This document shows, one piece after another, positions 1 to 10,637 of a stretch of DNA of 50,073 nt. This DNA comes from a virus (Duplodnaviria; Caudoviricetes). The stretch covers positions 1 to 50,073 of IMG/VR virus record IMGVR_UViG_3300025610_000037. One strand, 5' to 3'. Each line of letters begins with the position of its first letter. The first letter of the stretch is position 1. The notes beneath the pieces are model-generated. The model was not told the origin of the DNA, searched no databases, and saw only the letters and a program-made list of their open reading frames with translations. A program made the position numbers and the translations under genes.

Positions 1-1
1 C

Positions 2-307
2 GTCGCGGACGAGTGCGCGCGACAGCGAGTCCGTCGAGAACCCCGAGTTGACGATCGACGCATCAGCCGCCGACGTGCCGACAGTGCCCGTCGTCCCCGT
101 CTCCTGGCGGTCCACCATCGAGTCGTTGCCCGACGACAGCGAACCCACCGAATCCGGCGGCTGGTAGATGTACAGCAGGCCGGAGATGGCCAGCACAGCT
201 GTCAGGAAGGCGTCGGAGTCGCCGTCCTGGTTGGGCTGCACCGGGCTGATGATGGTCGCGCTGTTGGCTGGCGTCGGCGGGACCGGGCTGATGATGGTCG
301 CCGACAT
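2..307 (-). CDS. Partial hypothetical virion/tail-associated protein, runs off the left edge
   Basis: ATG at 307 (MSATIISPVPPTPANSATIISPVQP...), open to the window edge. Internal 20-nt duplication at 240-259/282-301. Follows the 311-700 gene. Confidence 0.6.
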   Translation of the reverse strand, partial: MSATIISPVPPTPANSATIISPVQPNQDGDSDAFLTAVLAISGLLYIYQPPDSVGSLSSGNDSMVDRQETGTTGTVGTSAADASIVNSGFSTDSLSRALVRD

Positions 308-310
308 CGG

Positions 311-700
311 CTACCCCGCCGTGCCCGCGATGGCCTGAAGCATCGGGTACACCTGCACGTCACGACCCGTTCCGCCAGCCGCCTCGGCGGTCCAGAACAA
401 GCCAGCCCAGAAGGGAATCGGCTGCGCGAACTGCGCACCCTTCCAGGTGTTGACCGCGGCGATGACCGCATCGATCTCGCCCAGCATGATGGTCTTGCTG
501 CTGTCGTTGTAGAAGCGGATCGTGATGGTGTCCGCGGTGTCGCACTTGATCGTGGCCCCGAGAAGCGCGCCACGCTGGATGCCGTCGCCGCTCGTGTCGC
601 CCAGAACCCGCACCGTCTGCACGGCGGACTCGGTGGCGTTGCCTGCCTCGATGGCAGCAGCGAGCTCGGGCTGGATGAAGGTGTGGCGGAACTGAGCCAT
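311..700 (-). CDS. Hypothetical protein (129 aa), late region
   Basis: GAGG SD upstream, protein-like composition, co-oriented with structural genes. Confidence 0.7.
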   Translation of the reverse strand: MAQFRHTFIQPELAAAIEAGNATESAVQTVRVLGDTSGDGIQRGALLGATIKCDTADTITIRFYNDSSKTIMLGEIDAVIAAVNTWKGAQFAQPIPFWAGLFWTAEAAGGTGRDVQVYPMLQAIAGTAG

Positions 701-746
701 GTGTGGACCTCGTGGTTACCGACGCTGTCCGGGGCGTCGCACACCC

Positions 747-775
747 AGAGAACCCGGGCGAACTGTCATTTGCAA
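747..775 (-). promoter_or_regulatory. Candidate late promoter (TTGCAA-N17-TTCTCT, carrying TTGC-N3-TGwCA)
   Basis: 14/15 identity of 761-775 with 17682-17696; intergenic. Confidence 0.35.
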
Positions 776-778
776 GGG

Positions 779-3700
779 CTACTCGCCCAGCACAGACCGC
801 AGGATCTCGATGTAGTTCTCGGGGTCGTCGGGCTCGTCGAACGCCTCGGGGCGCAACTGCCGGAACTGCCGCACGATGTCCGGGTTCTTCCGGGCCAACT
901 CCTCGAGCAGCAACTCCTCGAACTTCCGCTCGACACGCCGCGCCGCATCAGCCGTACCGAGGCCAACGTCGGAGATCCGCTGCCCACCCACGATGGTCGC
1001 GAGCCGCTCCGCACCAGACACCGGCGGACCCGCCTCGCCCGTCTCGACGTACGCCGGCGCGTAGGACTCAGCGACCGCCTGCTGCAGGATGGCGAGCAGT
1101 CGCGTGCCAGGCAGCTTCGACAGCAACCAAGCGCGGTCGGGTCGGTCGATCTTCCACTTCACGCCCTGCTCGCCAGTCGGTCCCTCCTCGTCGAAGACCT
1201 CGGCGGGCATCGAGTAGACGCCCAGCCACTTCTTCAGCGCCGGCGGGGCGTTCTTGTAGTAGGCGCCGTTGGTCATGTCCTCGATCGGGCGGTCGAAATA
1301 GAAACTGTGCCCCGTCCACGCTTCGACGCCACTGAGGATGGCGGGGTGCATCCGGGTCAGTGCACCGACCGGCACCATGCCGTCCGTCCGGAAGAGTTCG
1401 ACAAGGTCGTCCCACGGGTTGCCGCGCATCCGCATGACCCGGGTCCCGGCGACGCGCAGGAGCAGGTTGTGCCGGTAGTTCTCGGGGATCTGGCGCAATT
1501 CGTCCTCGGAGAACTGCATGTTGTAGAGCCCGTTGAACATGGCGGCGACCATGCGGGCCTCGCGCGGGTTCTCCAGTGCCCACTTCGCCTGGAACCGGAG
1601 GTTGCCGGCGGACCAGGTGTAGAAGAACGAGAGCGGACGCAGCACGTTGCGTTCCAACTCGTTCAGGTTGGAGTAGTCGCGCAGAGCCCAAGCAACCTGC
1701 ATGGGGACGTCGTCGAGCAGGACTCCTTGTTCGAGCAGCGCCACAGCCAGCGTGGCCCGCGCCTGCGACTCCGCGGCCTGGTTCACGCCGGCCATCATCT
1801 TCATGTAGCCGGGGGTCGCCCCGCCGCCGATGGCCGCGCCGAGGGCCGCCCCTTGAGCCGGCGCTCCGACGGCCGACCCGATGACGGCACCCGTCACAGT
1901 GCCGACGCCGCGGGTGCCCAGCTGCAGACCCTTGAGGGCGGTGACCGGGTCCTCCTTGACGCGCGCCAGGAACTCGTCCCACTCGGGCACGGCGCGGCCC
2001 ACCGCCCGTCGGCGATTGAGCAGACCGCCCGCACTCGCGCCCGTCATGGCCCCCAGCATGCCGCCAGCAGGGCCGCCCGCACTGAACCCGAGAACGCCAC
2101 CAAGTGCCGCCGTTGCGACCCGGGTCGTCGTGTCCTTCAGCCCGCCCTCACGGGCGGCCCCGGCGCCGACCTGCTCCTCGAGGAATCCAGTGCTCGCCCC
2201 GGCCTCGGTGATGGCGACCTCGTTGAAGAAGTCCTGCCACTCCTCGATCGACATCTCGTAGCGGCCGAGTTTGACCTGCCGCTTCATCAGCGGAGAGCCC
2301 GGCTCCACCAGCGAGATGAGCATCGCCTTCGTGTGGTTCACCGGGTTGGCGAGCCCGCGTAGCGTCGTCTGGCCGATGCTGTAGAGGTTGCCGATCACGT
2401 TGACCGAAATGTGGGCCATCGCGGCAATCGTCGAGAAGGACTTCAGTAGCGAGTGCAACCCGCCCCAACTTGCCCCGACGACGTCGGCAATGTCCGCCAT
2501 CCACTTCGGCGCCGACGACGACCGGAAATTGATGTAGTCGACCACCGGAGCCGGGAGGAACAGCGGCTGATTCTCCAGGGCCTTCAGTGCGCCGAGTTCG
2601 CCGCGGGTCAGGTTCACACCCTTCTCCGCGAGCTTCTCGGCTACCTCGAGCGTGCTGCGCCCGTCTGCGATGAGCCCGCGCGCGTAGTCCAGCAACTCCG
2701 TCGGGTACTTGCGCGCCTTCCGGCTGCCCAGCACCGCCTGGAAGTAGTTGCTGGTCGACACCCTCTTGAAGCCAGCCCGCTCGGCCCGCGCCGCCACCTC
2801 CAACTCGGCCTCCGAGCGAGCCCTGTCGCCGGGGACCTTGCGAGCCGCCACCATCTCCTGACCGAACCGCCGGCCCTGCGGGAACAAGTCGATCATGTCC
2901 AACAAATAGCGGTTCGTCGCCAGCGTCGAGTCCGTCTTCGCGGCGTACCGCTCGGCGATGAGCAGCGGGTCCGTCTCCAGCCACTCCCAGTCGGCGAGCT
3001 CCTCCTTCGCGATTCGACCCGCCTCGTCGGCGACATCAATGCCGGCATCCTGCAGCGCCTGGGTGAGTTGGGCGTCCTTGCGCCCGACAAAGGCGTCTCC
3101 GTACTCGCCGACCTGCGCCCGGTGCAGGACCAGGCGGCGAGCGACCGCACGGCGCTTCGACTCGTTCCGCAGCTTGATCGTCCCCGCGTGCGCCCGGAAC
3201 TTGACCGGGTCGCGGAACTTCGGCATCTGCCCGCCGAACATCGCCTTGAGTGCCGCCGTCTCCGACTCGCGCACCAGTGCCGGGACGTAGTCGCCGATCG
3301 CGACCCGGGTCAAGAACGCCTCCTTGTCGTGCTCGGTCAGGTAGCCGTCGCGCCGCAACTGCTTGTAGTAGTCATCGAAGAACGCCTTGAGGAACCGCGC
3401 CGCCTCCAGGACCCGGCCCTGGGCCTCCTCGTCGAAGTCGCGCAGGGCGCGCCGCATGGCCGACTCGCTGTGCAGGTCGGGGTTCTTGAGGATCCGCTCG
3501 ACCCGGAGCCGCTCGGTGCGACTCAGCCCCTCAAGGGCCCTCGCCGACTCCGCGCGACGGTACGCCTCGCGGGCGCCCTGCAGTTCCACTTCGACCGCCT
3601 TCTGGTTGGCGCCGAACGAGTCGCGGGCCTCCCTGAGGGCCGCCTGCACGTCCCGGTGCTTGCGGAGGTCGCCGCCGAGTTCGTCGCTCAGGGCGGCGAG

Positions 3701-6484
3701 GTCGGCGTCGGCGCCGGCCAGTTCGTCGGCGGATCGTCTGCCCGACACCACCGCCTCCTCCGCCCGCAGCCCAGCCTGCTTCGCCAACTCCCGGGCGCCG
3801 CGGCGGTACTCGGCAACTCGCGCGTCGATGATGCCCTGGGCCTCGTTGCGGGCCGCGTAGGCAGCCTTCCGCGCATCCGACCGAGACAGCCACGACTCGC
3901 CCACCTTGATGCTTGGGTTGCCCTCGGCCTGCGCCTCCTCCACCCGCTTGAGCAGGGCGTTGGCCTCGGCGATCTGAGCCGTCTCGGCAGCAGACTCCGC
4001 GATGGCGCGCGCCTCGCCCTGGGCGATCAACTCCCGCTCGACGACCTGCTGGCTCGACTGGCGCAGAGCCCGAACCTTCGCGCGTGCCTCCTTGACGACA
4101 TCGCCCCGGGGCCGACCGGCGGCCGACATCGAGGCGACAGACTCGTCGAAGGCGCGCAGGGCCTCGTTGGCGCCCTCCACCTCGCCCTGGGCGTCAGCCA
4201 GTGCCTGACGGGCGGCTGCCAGTCGCTGGGCCTCCGGGCCGCCCGTCGGCAACTGACCACCGGCAAGAGCCTCCTCGATCTCCCGCAGGCCCGACACGGC
4301 GGCCAACTCCTGCTCGGTCGCAAGGTCGAGAAACCCGTGCTCGAGCACGTCCATCGCCGCCCGCCGCTCCGACGCACTGCGGGTCGTTCGCTGCAGCGTC
4401 TCCAGCACGCGCGCCCGGACCACGCCCTGCATGGCCTTCCGGGTCGCGTCCCGCTTCCGCAGGCGCTCGGCCGCCGCGAAGGACGCCGGGTGCCGGTTCG
4501 CCGCCCGACCGCCGCGCTGCAGCGTCGGGGTGCTGTCCGGCCGACCCAGCGTGTTGACCTGGGTGCGGACGAAGTCCCACGGCCCGAGCACCTCGTCCGG
4601 CAGCCGCTGGGCGAGCAGCACCTGGGCCGCGAACCCGGCCGCGTCGAGGTCGGAGATGATCTGCGCGTCGGCGTCGGTCGCCTGCCGGGTCACCCAGCGG
4701 GCCTGTCGGTCGGCGACGCCGGTCGGGCGGGCCTGTTCGCCGCGCCGCAGCTGGCGCTTCACGGCCTCACGCGCCGCCGCCCGGCCCGCCTCAGGGAGGC
4801 GCGCAGCCTCGTTCATCAGCCGCACGCCGAGGTTTGCCTGCTCGGTCAGGAACGTGTCGACCGCAGCCTCGTCGCCCTCCTTGACCAGTCGGGCGTACTC
4901 CTTGCGGGCGCCCCGCATCGCCGGCCCGTCAAGCACCTCGTCGGCGAGGTCCGCGTACAAGTCCACCTTGGCGTCGGGCGTCAGCACCATGCGGCCGTCC
5001 GGCCCCAGGGCCAGGGCCTCCGGTCGCACCAGAAGGTCCGTCGTCACCACGCCGCGCGCAGCGTCCGTCCGTAGTGCCTGCTCCCACACCTCGTCGGCCA
5101 CGTCGTCGTGCAGCGCGCCCCGCAGATGCTGATGCAACTCGAGGTGCTCTGGCGCGCGCAGCAGGTTCCGGTACTCGCCCTTCCACGCCGCATCGACAGA
5201 CTGGACGAACGCCGTCGTCGCGGCCCGCTCGGCGTCGATCTGCGCCCGGCCCGACAGACCCTCGCCCGCCTTCGCGATCTGCGACCGGACGATGTCGTCG
5301 CCCTGCTTCGTCAACTTCACGCCGGCCGCGACGGTCTTCGTCGGGTTCAGCAGGTTGAAGGGGCTGATCGCCGCCTCGCCGGCAAAGTCGAGAGCCTGCA
5401 GACCGCCGACGGCCCCGGCGTCCTTCGCCTCCTCGGACGCCCGCATCGCGTCCCGCCACGCCTCCTTCGCCTCGGTCGTCGACCCGTGCAGCAGCAGGTT
5501 CGCCAGGGCCTGCTGCGCCCCCACGGCTCCGTACCCGACGTCTGTGGCCGCGCGCGCCGACTCCCCGACGAACAGGTCCGCCAACGACTCGGCGTTCTTC
5601 ACCGCGTCCCGCAGGGCCAGCGTCCGCTCGTCAGACTCGCCGCCGGTTCCGAGCACCACGTCCGACAGCCCCATCGGGTCGGAGGTCGACGCCAGGCCGG
5701 CGCCAACGACGCCGCGCAGCTTGTCGAACGCGCCGCCCATCATCAGGGCCGCGGCGCGCTTCTGGCGCATGTCCTTGAGGGCCTCGGCCGTGGTGCCAAA
5801 CGACTGGACGTAGGCGACCATGTCGCGCAGCACCTGGCCGCCGGGGGCCTTGTCCTCGTAGTTCTGCAGCAACATCCCGCTCAGGCGCTCACGGTCGGCG
5901 GCGCCCAGCCCCATCGGCTCGTCGTTCTCCAGCGCCGTCCGCCGCGTGTCCCACAGCGTCCGCATCCACGCGCGCGTCGGGCGGTCGACGAGCTTGTCGA
6001 ACGCCTCCCCGAGCGCCGAGACGCCGGTCATGATGTACCCGGACTCCTTGCTCGCCTTCCGCACCTCGTCGTGCAGCCCGGCGAACTCCATGAGCTCGAC
6101 CAGCCGCTCGTTGTCCTCGGCCATCTCCTCGGGGGTGCGGCCAGGCGTCGACGCCAAGGCCGCGTACTCGTCCCACATCTCGATGACCCGCGGGAGCTTC
6201 TCGGGAGGCACGCCGCGGAACGCATCTTGGCCCAGCGAGCGGAGCTCCCGCTGGAAAGGCATCAGGTCTGGCTCGAGCGCACCCCAAAGCAGGTCGTCGA
6301 ACGGATCCGCGCCAGCAGGCACTGCTTCATCTGGCCGGTCGTCGGCAGGGGCTGCTGTGGACAACTCACTGGACAGGACATCGAACGGATCGACGGCATC
6401 GACCGCAGACGTCGCAGTTGGCGCTGCCAACGTCTCGGCGAGTTCGTCGAACGGGTCGACTCCAGTGGCCTGCCCATCCGCCAT
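779..6484 (-). CDS. Large internal virion/ejection protein (1901 aa)
   Basis: Size, Ala/Arg/Glu-rich helical composition, N-terminal DPFD repeats, Gly-rich hydrophobic segments, position after tail genes in a podovirus layout. Confidence 0.7.
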   Translation of the reverse strand: MADGQATGVDPFDELAETLAAPTATSAVDAVDPFDVLSSELSTAAPADDRPDEAVPAGADPFDDLLWGALEPDLMPFQRELRSLGQDAFRGVPPEKLPRVIEMWDEYAALASTPGRTPEEMAEDNERLVELMEFAGLHDEVRKASKESGYIMTGVSALGEAFDKLVDRPTRAWMRTLWDTRRTALENDEPMGLGAADRERLSGMLLQNYEDKAPGGQVLRDMVAYVQSFGTTAEALKDMRQKRAAALMMGGAFDKLRGVVGAGLASTSDPMGLSDVVLGTGGESDERTLALRDAVKNAESLADLFVGESARAATDVGYGAVGAQQALANLLLHGSTTEAKEAWRDAMRASEEAKDAGAVGGLQALDFAGEAAISPFNLLNPTKTVAAGVKLTKQGDDIVRSQIAKAGEGLSGRAQIDAERAATTAFVQSVDAAWKGEYRNLLRAPEHLELHQHLRGALHDDVADEVWEQALRTDAARGVVTTDLLVRPEALALGPDGRMVLTPDAKVDLYADLADEVLDGPAMRGARKEYARLVKEGDEAAVDTFLTEQANLGVRLMNEAARLPEAGRAAAREAVKRQLRRGEQARPTGVADRQARWVTRQATDADAQIISDLDAAGFAAQVLLAQRLPDEVLGPWDFVRTQVNTLGRPDSTPTLQRGGRAANRHPASFAAAERLRKRDATRKAMQGVVRARVLETLQRTTRSASERRAAMDVLEHGFLDLATEQELAAVSGLREIEEALAGGQLPTGGPEAQRLAAARQALADAQGEVEGANEALRAFDESVASMSAAGRPRGDVVKEARAKVRALRQSSQQVVERELIAQGEARAIAESAAETAQIAEANALLKRVEEAQAEGNPSIKVGESWLSRSDARKAAYAARNEAQGIIDARVAEYRRGARELAKQAGLRAEEAVVSGRRSADELAGADADLAALSDELGGDLRKHRDVQAALREARDSFGANQKAVEVELQGAREAYRRAESARALEGLSRTERLRVERILKNPDLHSESAMRRALRDFDEEAQGRVLEAARFLKAFFDDYYKQLRRDGYLTEHDKEAFLTRVAIGDYVPALVRESETAALKAMFGGQMPKFRDPVKFRAHAGTIKLRNESKRRAVARRLVLHRAQVGEYGDAFVGRKDAQLTQALQDAGIDVADEAGRIAKEELADWEWLETDPLLIAERYAAKTDSTLATNRYLLDMIDLFPQGRRFGQEMVAARKVPGDRARSEAELEVAARAERAGFKRVSTSNYFQAVLGSRKARKYPTELLDYARGLIADGRSTLEVAEKLAEKGVNLTRGELGALKALENQPLFLPAPVVDYINFRSSSAPKWMADIADVVGASWGGLHSLLKSFSTIAAMAHISVNVIGNLYSIGQTTLRGLANPVNHTKAMLISLVEPGSPLMKRQVKLGRYEMSIEEWQDFFNEVAITEAGASTGFLEEQVGAGAAREGGLKDTTTRVATAALGGVLGFSAGGPAGGMLGAMTGASAGGLLNRRRAVGRAVPEWDEFLARVKEDPVTALKGLQLGTRGVGTVTGAVIGSAVGAPAQGAALGAAIGGGATPGYMKMMAGVNQAAESQARATLAVALLEQGVLLDDVPMQVAWALRDYSNLNELERNVLRPLSFFYTWSAGNLRFQAKWALENPREARMVAAMFNGLYNMQFSEDELRQIPENYRHNLLLRVAGTRVMRMRGNPWDDLVELFRTDGMVPVGALTRMHPAILSGVEAWTGHSFYFDRPIEDMTNGAYYKNAPPALKKWLGVYSMPAEVFDEEGPTGEQGVKWKIDRPDRAWLLSKLPGTRLLAILQQAVAESYAPAYVETGEAGPPVSGAERLATIVGGQRISDVGLGTADAARRVERKFEELLLEELARKNPDIVRQFRQLRPEAFDEPDDPENYIEILRSVLGE

Positions 6485-8139
6485 CAGTTCCGAACCTGTG
6501 CCGTGTTGTCCGCACCACGCCGCTTGAACGCGACAACGAGTTCGTCGGCCTGCTTCTTGCTGATCTCACCAGCGTTGAACATCCGACGCACCTCGCCCGC
6601 CTGCTCTTCCCGAGACGAGAACTCCGCCTGGATCCGGTTCACTTCGGACGTCAGGCTGAACGCCCTGCCCGGCGCAGGGGTGCCGGACTCCCGGCGCACG
6701 ACGTCGAGTGGAATGTACTTGCCCGTCGTCACAAGCGTGTCGAGCTGGGTCTGGTACAGCGACTTCTCGGCCTCCAGCGAGTCGATCTGGTCCTGATACC
6801 CCTCCCGATACTTCGGCCGCTTCGGCGGGTTCCGACGCAGTGCGTCCAGCGAGTCGTTCACGTCCGACAGGCGGCTGTTGATGGTCCGCATCTGGCGGTC
6901 CAACTCGTCGCCCTTCTGGTAGGTGTACCGGACCGTCGGCTTCTTCCCGACCTTCGCCACCTCGAGGTCGATGCCCTTCGACGCCAGCGTCGACAGCGCG
7001 TCCAGCATCTTGCCGGCGTTCTTCGGGTCGGCCGTGTACAGCTTCGCCAACTCCGGCGCGAACTCCGAGGCCTCCTCGTCCGTCAGCCCGACCCGCGGCA
7101 GGAACTGGATGAACGTGTCGGTGAAGTCCTGGGCGTCCTCCACGCTCCGCTGCTCGGCAGCCGCCAGCCCACGCAGGTGCTCGCGGGCCCGGAAGTTGAA
7201 CAGGTTCACGTCGGCAGCCAGGCCATCGAGGGCGTCGGCGGTCAGGTCGTCTCGGCCAATGCGGCGGGAGATGGCACGCAGGGCCGCTGGGTTGCCGCGG
7301 CGGTAGGCCTCCACCGCCGTCGCGAGGGCGCCCGGGTCGACGACCGTCGACGGGTCCAGCCCCAGGGCCGCGGCGGCCGGGTTCAGCATCCCGCCGAACG
7401 AGTCCGGGCTGGTCGGCGCGCGACCCGGGACCAGTGCCCCCTGCGGCTTCTCGAAGGTCCCGAACGCCTGCCCGACACCGTCGTCGGTGCCGAGGTCGAG
7501 ACGCCCGCCCTCCGCGGCCTGCAGCAGCGCGGCGTGCTCCCGGCTGCGGCCGGCACCGCCACGACCGTAGGCAGGCGCGCCCTCCATGATGTCCGGGTCG
7601 GGCACCAGCATCGAGCCGAGGGCCTCGCGCGCGGCCATGTCCACACCGCCGAGTTCGGCAGCACGGCGCGTCGCGCCACCCAATGCCGAGGTCAGTGCAG
7701 CCACAGGCCCACGGCCCTGCTCGGCAGCACGGGCGGCGTCGGCCGCCTGGATCGCCTGCTCCGCCCGACCAATGGCGTCGACCGCGGCCGCAGCCGAACG
7801 CAGGTCGTCACGCCCGGGCGCAGCAGCTGGTGCTGCACCACGAGTCCCGCGCGAGCCACGGGCCGCACCCGCACCGCCGAGCCCCTCGTCGACCGACTCG
7901 TCGCCGAACAGGGCAGAGGTCAGGGCGCCTGCCGCAGCAGCCATCCGCTGATCGTGCATCTCCCGCTGCCGGGCGCCGGCCTCCTCCGCGAGGCGCGTGC
8001 GGCGCTCGGCGAGGTTCCGACGCTGGGCGTTGGAGATCAACTGGTCGCCGACCTGAACGCCCTGCAGCGCACCCTGGAGGATGCCCGTCAGCACGTTCGC
8101 GCCTGCGACGTCGCTCAGATTGTCCGTCGGGAGGGCCAT
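6484..8139 (-). CDS. Internal virion/ejection protein (551 aa)
   Basis: Ala/Gly-rich coiled-coil character; stop/start overlap with the 1901 aa gene. Confidence 0.6.
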   Translation of the reverse strand: MALPTDNLSDVAGANVLTGILQGALQGVQVGDQLISNAQRRNLAERRTRLAEEAGARQREMHDQRMAAAAGALTSALFGDESVDEGLGGAGAARGSRGTRGAAPAAAPGRDDLRSAAAAVDAIGRAEQAIQAADAARAAEQGRGPVAALTSALGGATRRAAELGGVDMAAREALGSMLVPDPDIMEGAPAYGRGGAGRSREHAALLQAAEGGRLDLGTDDGVGQAFGTFEKPQGALVPGRAPTSPDSFGGMLNPAAAALGLDPSTVVDPGALATAVEAYRRGNPAALRAISRRIGRDDLTADALDGLAADVNLFNFRAREHLRGLAAAEQRSVEDAQDFTDTFIQFLPRVGLTDEEASEFAPELAKLYTADPKNAGKMLDALSTLASKGIDLEVAKVGKKPTVRYTYQKGDELDRQMRTINSRLSDVNDSLDALRRNPPKRPKYREGYQDQIDSLEAEKSLYQTQLDTLVTTGKYIPLDVVRRESGTPAPGRAFSLTSEVNRIQAEFSSREEQAGEVRRMFNAGEISKKQADELVVAFKRRGADNTAQVRN

Positions 8140-8141
8140 GG

Positions 8142-8945
8142 CTACGGCTCCGAGTTCAGGGCGGCCAGCAGCAGCCGGACGAAGCGGTCCTCGCTAGCCT
8201 CCGTCGAGGGTACCGACGTCTGCAGCGACTGCAGCGACTGCATCGCCGGAACGTCCTGCAACTTCCGGTCGACCTGCCCGGGGTCAAACGAGGCGTCCAT
8301 CCGGTCGCGCCGCGGAGCCGACGCGACGTCCACAAGGCGGCTCAGGAATCCACCGCCACCGCCGCCACCGCCACCGCCGCCACCCTCGGTCATGCCGCCG
8401 AGGCCAATGCCCATCTGCATCAGCGTGTCGACGCCCGCAGCAACAGTCCGGCCGATCTCCTCCAGGCGGTCCTCCGCGGCGTTCGCCGCCTGCTGGGTCC
8501 GGCGGATGAGCCGGTTGCCCGGCTCGCCCATCACGTCCTCCGCGAACTGAGCGCGACGGTCGCGCTGCGCACGAGCGAGCGCGGACCGCAGTCCCGCCTG
8601 CCGGCCGAGGTCGAGGGCCTCCTCAAACCGCGTGCCCGAGCGGCCAGCCTGACGGGCGGTGTCCCCGGCGCGCTGCGCCTCGAGCCGCTGCGCTCGCTGC
8701 GCCGCGCCAGTCTGGGCGCGCAGGTCCCCGCGCAGGTCCGCCCGCATGCCCGGAAGCACGCGGCGGTCGAAGATGTCCTGGGCGCTGATCTGCTGCCGCA
8801 GCAACTGCGAGTCGTCGCGCCCCATGATGCGGACGAAGTCGTCGTCCGACACGAGGTCCGGGTCGAGCAGTCGATCACGAGTCGACACCTGCCGCGTCCG
8901 AGACGCCGGGTCGGAAAAGCCGAAGCCGTCGCCGTTGGACATCAC
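8142..8945 (-). CDS. Internal virion/ejection-type protein (267 aa) with poly-Gly tract
   Basis: GGAGG SD, coupled overlap, Q/R/A-rich helices. Confidence 0.55.
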   Translation of the reverse strand: MMSNGDGFGFSDPASRTRQVSTRDRLLDPDLVSDDDFVRIMGRDDSQLLRQQISAQDIFDRRVLPGMRADLRGDLRAQTGAAQRAQRLEAQRAGDTARQAGRSGTRFEEALDLGRQAGLRSALARAQRDRRAQFAEDVMGEPGNRLIRRTQQAANAAEDRLEEIGRTVAAGVDTLMQMGIGLGGMTEGGGGGGGGGGGGFLSRLVDVASAPRRDRMDASFDPGQVDRKLQDVPAMQSLQSLQTSVPSTEASEDRFVRLLLAALNSEP

Positions 8946-9430
8946 CCACCTCCTAGGAGACTGCGCAGCATGGCGATCGTCTCATCGTCCCGCGCAGCGC
9001 GGTCCTTGTCCCGCTTCGCCTGCACCCCGACGTTCGCCAGGTTCATGCCCTGCGACACCCCGAGTTCGGTGATGCCCGCAGCGGCGCGGCGGATCTGATC
9101 AGCCACCCGAGCCCGCTCTGCATCGCGCGCCTGGATGAACTGGGCGAGTTCCTGGTCGCGGCGCTGGCCCACAGCGGTATCCACGTCGGATACCAACTGC
9201 CCAGCCGCCCCAGAGCGACGGCCCTGCGACTGGCCCAGAGCACCGAAGTCGACCCCGCGCGCGCCGGAGCCGGCGTCCATCGGCATCGCCTCCGCCTCCC
9301 GCGACAGCCGCAACTGCCCCAGCATCTGCAGGGCGCGCTGCTGCTCGTCAAACACCTGGCCGAAGCGGCGATCGAACTCGCCCTCGTCGCCGGCGAACAA
9401 CTGCTGAAGTCGGGACTGCAGGACGCTCAT
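8942..9430 (-). CDS. Internal virion-type protein (162 aa)
   Basis: Q/A/G-rich; first gene of the ejection cluster; no SD, possibly leaderless. Confidence 0.55.
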   Translation of the reverse strand: MSVLQSRLQQLFAGDEGEFDRRFGQVFDEQQRALQMLGQLRLSREAEAMPMDAGSGARGVDFGALGQSQGRRSGAAGQLVSDVDTAVGQRRDQELAQFIQARDAERARVADQIRRAAAGITELGVSQGMNLANVGVQAKRDKDRAARDDETIAMLRSLLGGG

Positions 9431-9436
9431 GAACTA

Positions 9437-9465
9437 AACCTACTCCGCGGACTTGACAGGAGCAA
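9437..9465 (-). promoter_or_regulatory. Sigma70-like promoter TTGCTC-N17-TAGGTT, probably leaderless transcript
   Basis: -10 ends 6 nt before the ATG at 9430; contains TTGC-N3-TGTCA. Confidence 0.45.
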
Positions 9466-10119
9466 TCAACCGTACACCGCGCGGACCAGAGTTCCGCGGC
9501 CGCCGCAGTTGAACTGCGCACTCTCCGAGGTGGCCAGCGACGTCGTCGAATTACTGAAGTCCAGCAGCACCGCGGCCTCGTGCCACCCCGACGAGGTGAA
9601 GACGCCCGAGGTCAACTCGATGCTCAGGTCGAACGAGATCGACAGCTTCTCGCCCGTGCTCTGCGTCATCACCCGCTTCGCCTCGGTGCCCACCGCGATG
9701 CCGTCGACGTAGATCCGCGCACGCACGTCCCAGGACACCGTCACCGCCCCGGTCACCCACAGGCTCTTGGGGAACGTCAACGCCACGCTCGAGCGCACCG
9801 TCAGCTGCAGGGCGTCCTCGTGCAGGTAGAAGCGCACCCCGCACCCGTCGACCCAGTACTGGTTCTGGTAGGACCCCAACGGAGGCGCAGCAGCAGTGTT
9901 GAAGACGGCGTTGAAGAACGTCGACAACTGGTCGCTGCCCTCGCGCCACGTCTCCACGTTCGCGCCGCGGCGGAAGTTGCGGGACACGAACTCGTCGGTC
10001 GCCGTCAGGTTCGTCCCGTCGACCGCGCCGTTCACCGCAGTCGCCAGGTCCGTCAGCCCGTCGCGGAAGTCCTGCGGGTCGCAGGTGCCGGCGAACGTCG
10101 GTGGGGTGTAGGCACTCAT
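9466..10119 (-). CDS. Tail-associated structural protein (217 aa)
   Basis: N-terminal anchor-like segment (LATAVNGAVDGTNL) and beta-rich C-terminus. Confidence 0.55.
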   Translation of the reverse strand: MSAYTPPTFAGTCDPQDFRDGLTDLATAVNGAVDGTNLTATDEFVSRNFRRGANVETWREGSDQLSTFFNAVFNTAAAPPLGSYQNQYWVDGCGVRFYLHEDALQLTVRSSVALTFPKSLWVTGAVTVSWDVRARIYVDGIAVGTEAKRVMTQSTGEKLSISFDLSIELTSGVFTSSGWHEAAVLLDFSNSTTSLATSESAQFNCGGRGTLVRAVYG

Positions 10120-10637
10120 CGCCGCACCGCCATGGCCTCGATCCGCATGTTCGTCAGCGAGTCGTTGGTGTGGGTACCCGCCTGCAGATGCAGCGTGTGC
10201 GTGGTCGACGTCGCGACGAACGCCCAGATGAGGGTGATGTGGTCAGACTCGCCGCTGTCGAACTGCACCGTCCGCACGCCGTTGCGGCCGCCAGCGTCCA
10301 CCGCGATCCCGAGCGTCGTCTCGTGGCCGGCGCCCGTCGCGTCGACCTGCAGATGCGCGCGCACGAAGACCGCCTCCCCCACCTCGCACGGCAGGTTGGA
10401 GATGCTCACGAGGTTGGTGCCCGCCGCCGGCGCCGCCGTCGGTCCCGCTGCCAACGCCGAGTCCAACTGCTTCCAATAGGCACCCGCCGTCGACGCCAGG
10501 TGGTAGGCATCGAACGAGCCGCTGCGGACACGGCGCTTGTCGATCGCCGTCGTCAGCGTGTCCAGCCCGTTGAAGTTGTTCTGCAGGGGCGTGGCGTCGC
10601 GCGCGTCGCCCGGCAGGATCCGGTCGGTCAGGCTCAT
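10116..10637 (-). CDS. Tail-associated structural protein (173 aa)
   Basis: LQNNFNGL anchor-like N-terminus, beta-rich body, ATGA overlaps. Confidence 0.55.
   Translation of the reverse strand: MSLTDRILPGDARDATPLQNNFNGLDTLTTAIDKRRVRSGSFDAYHLASTAGAYWKQLDSALAAGPTAAPAAGTNLVSISNLPCEVGEAVFVRAHLQVDATGAGHETTLGIAVDAGGRNGVRTVQFDSGESDHITLIWAFVATSTTHTLHLQAGTHTNDSLTNMRIEAMAVRR

Noticed and set aside
8350-8386. Poly-Gly (CCA/CCG)n tract
   Set aside because: Ordinary flexible linker in an ejection-type protein
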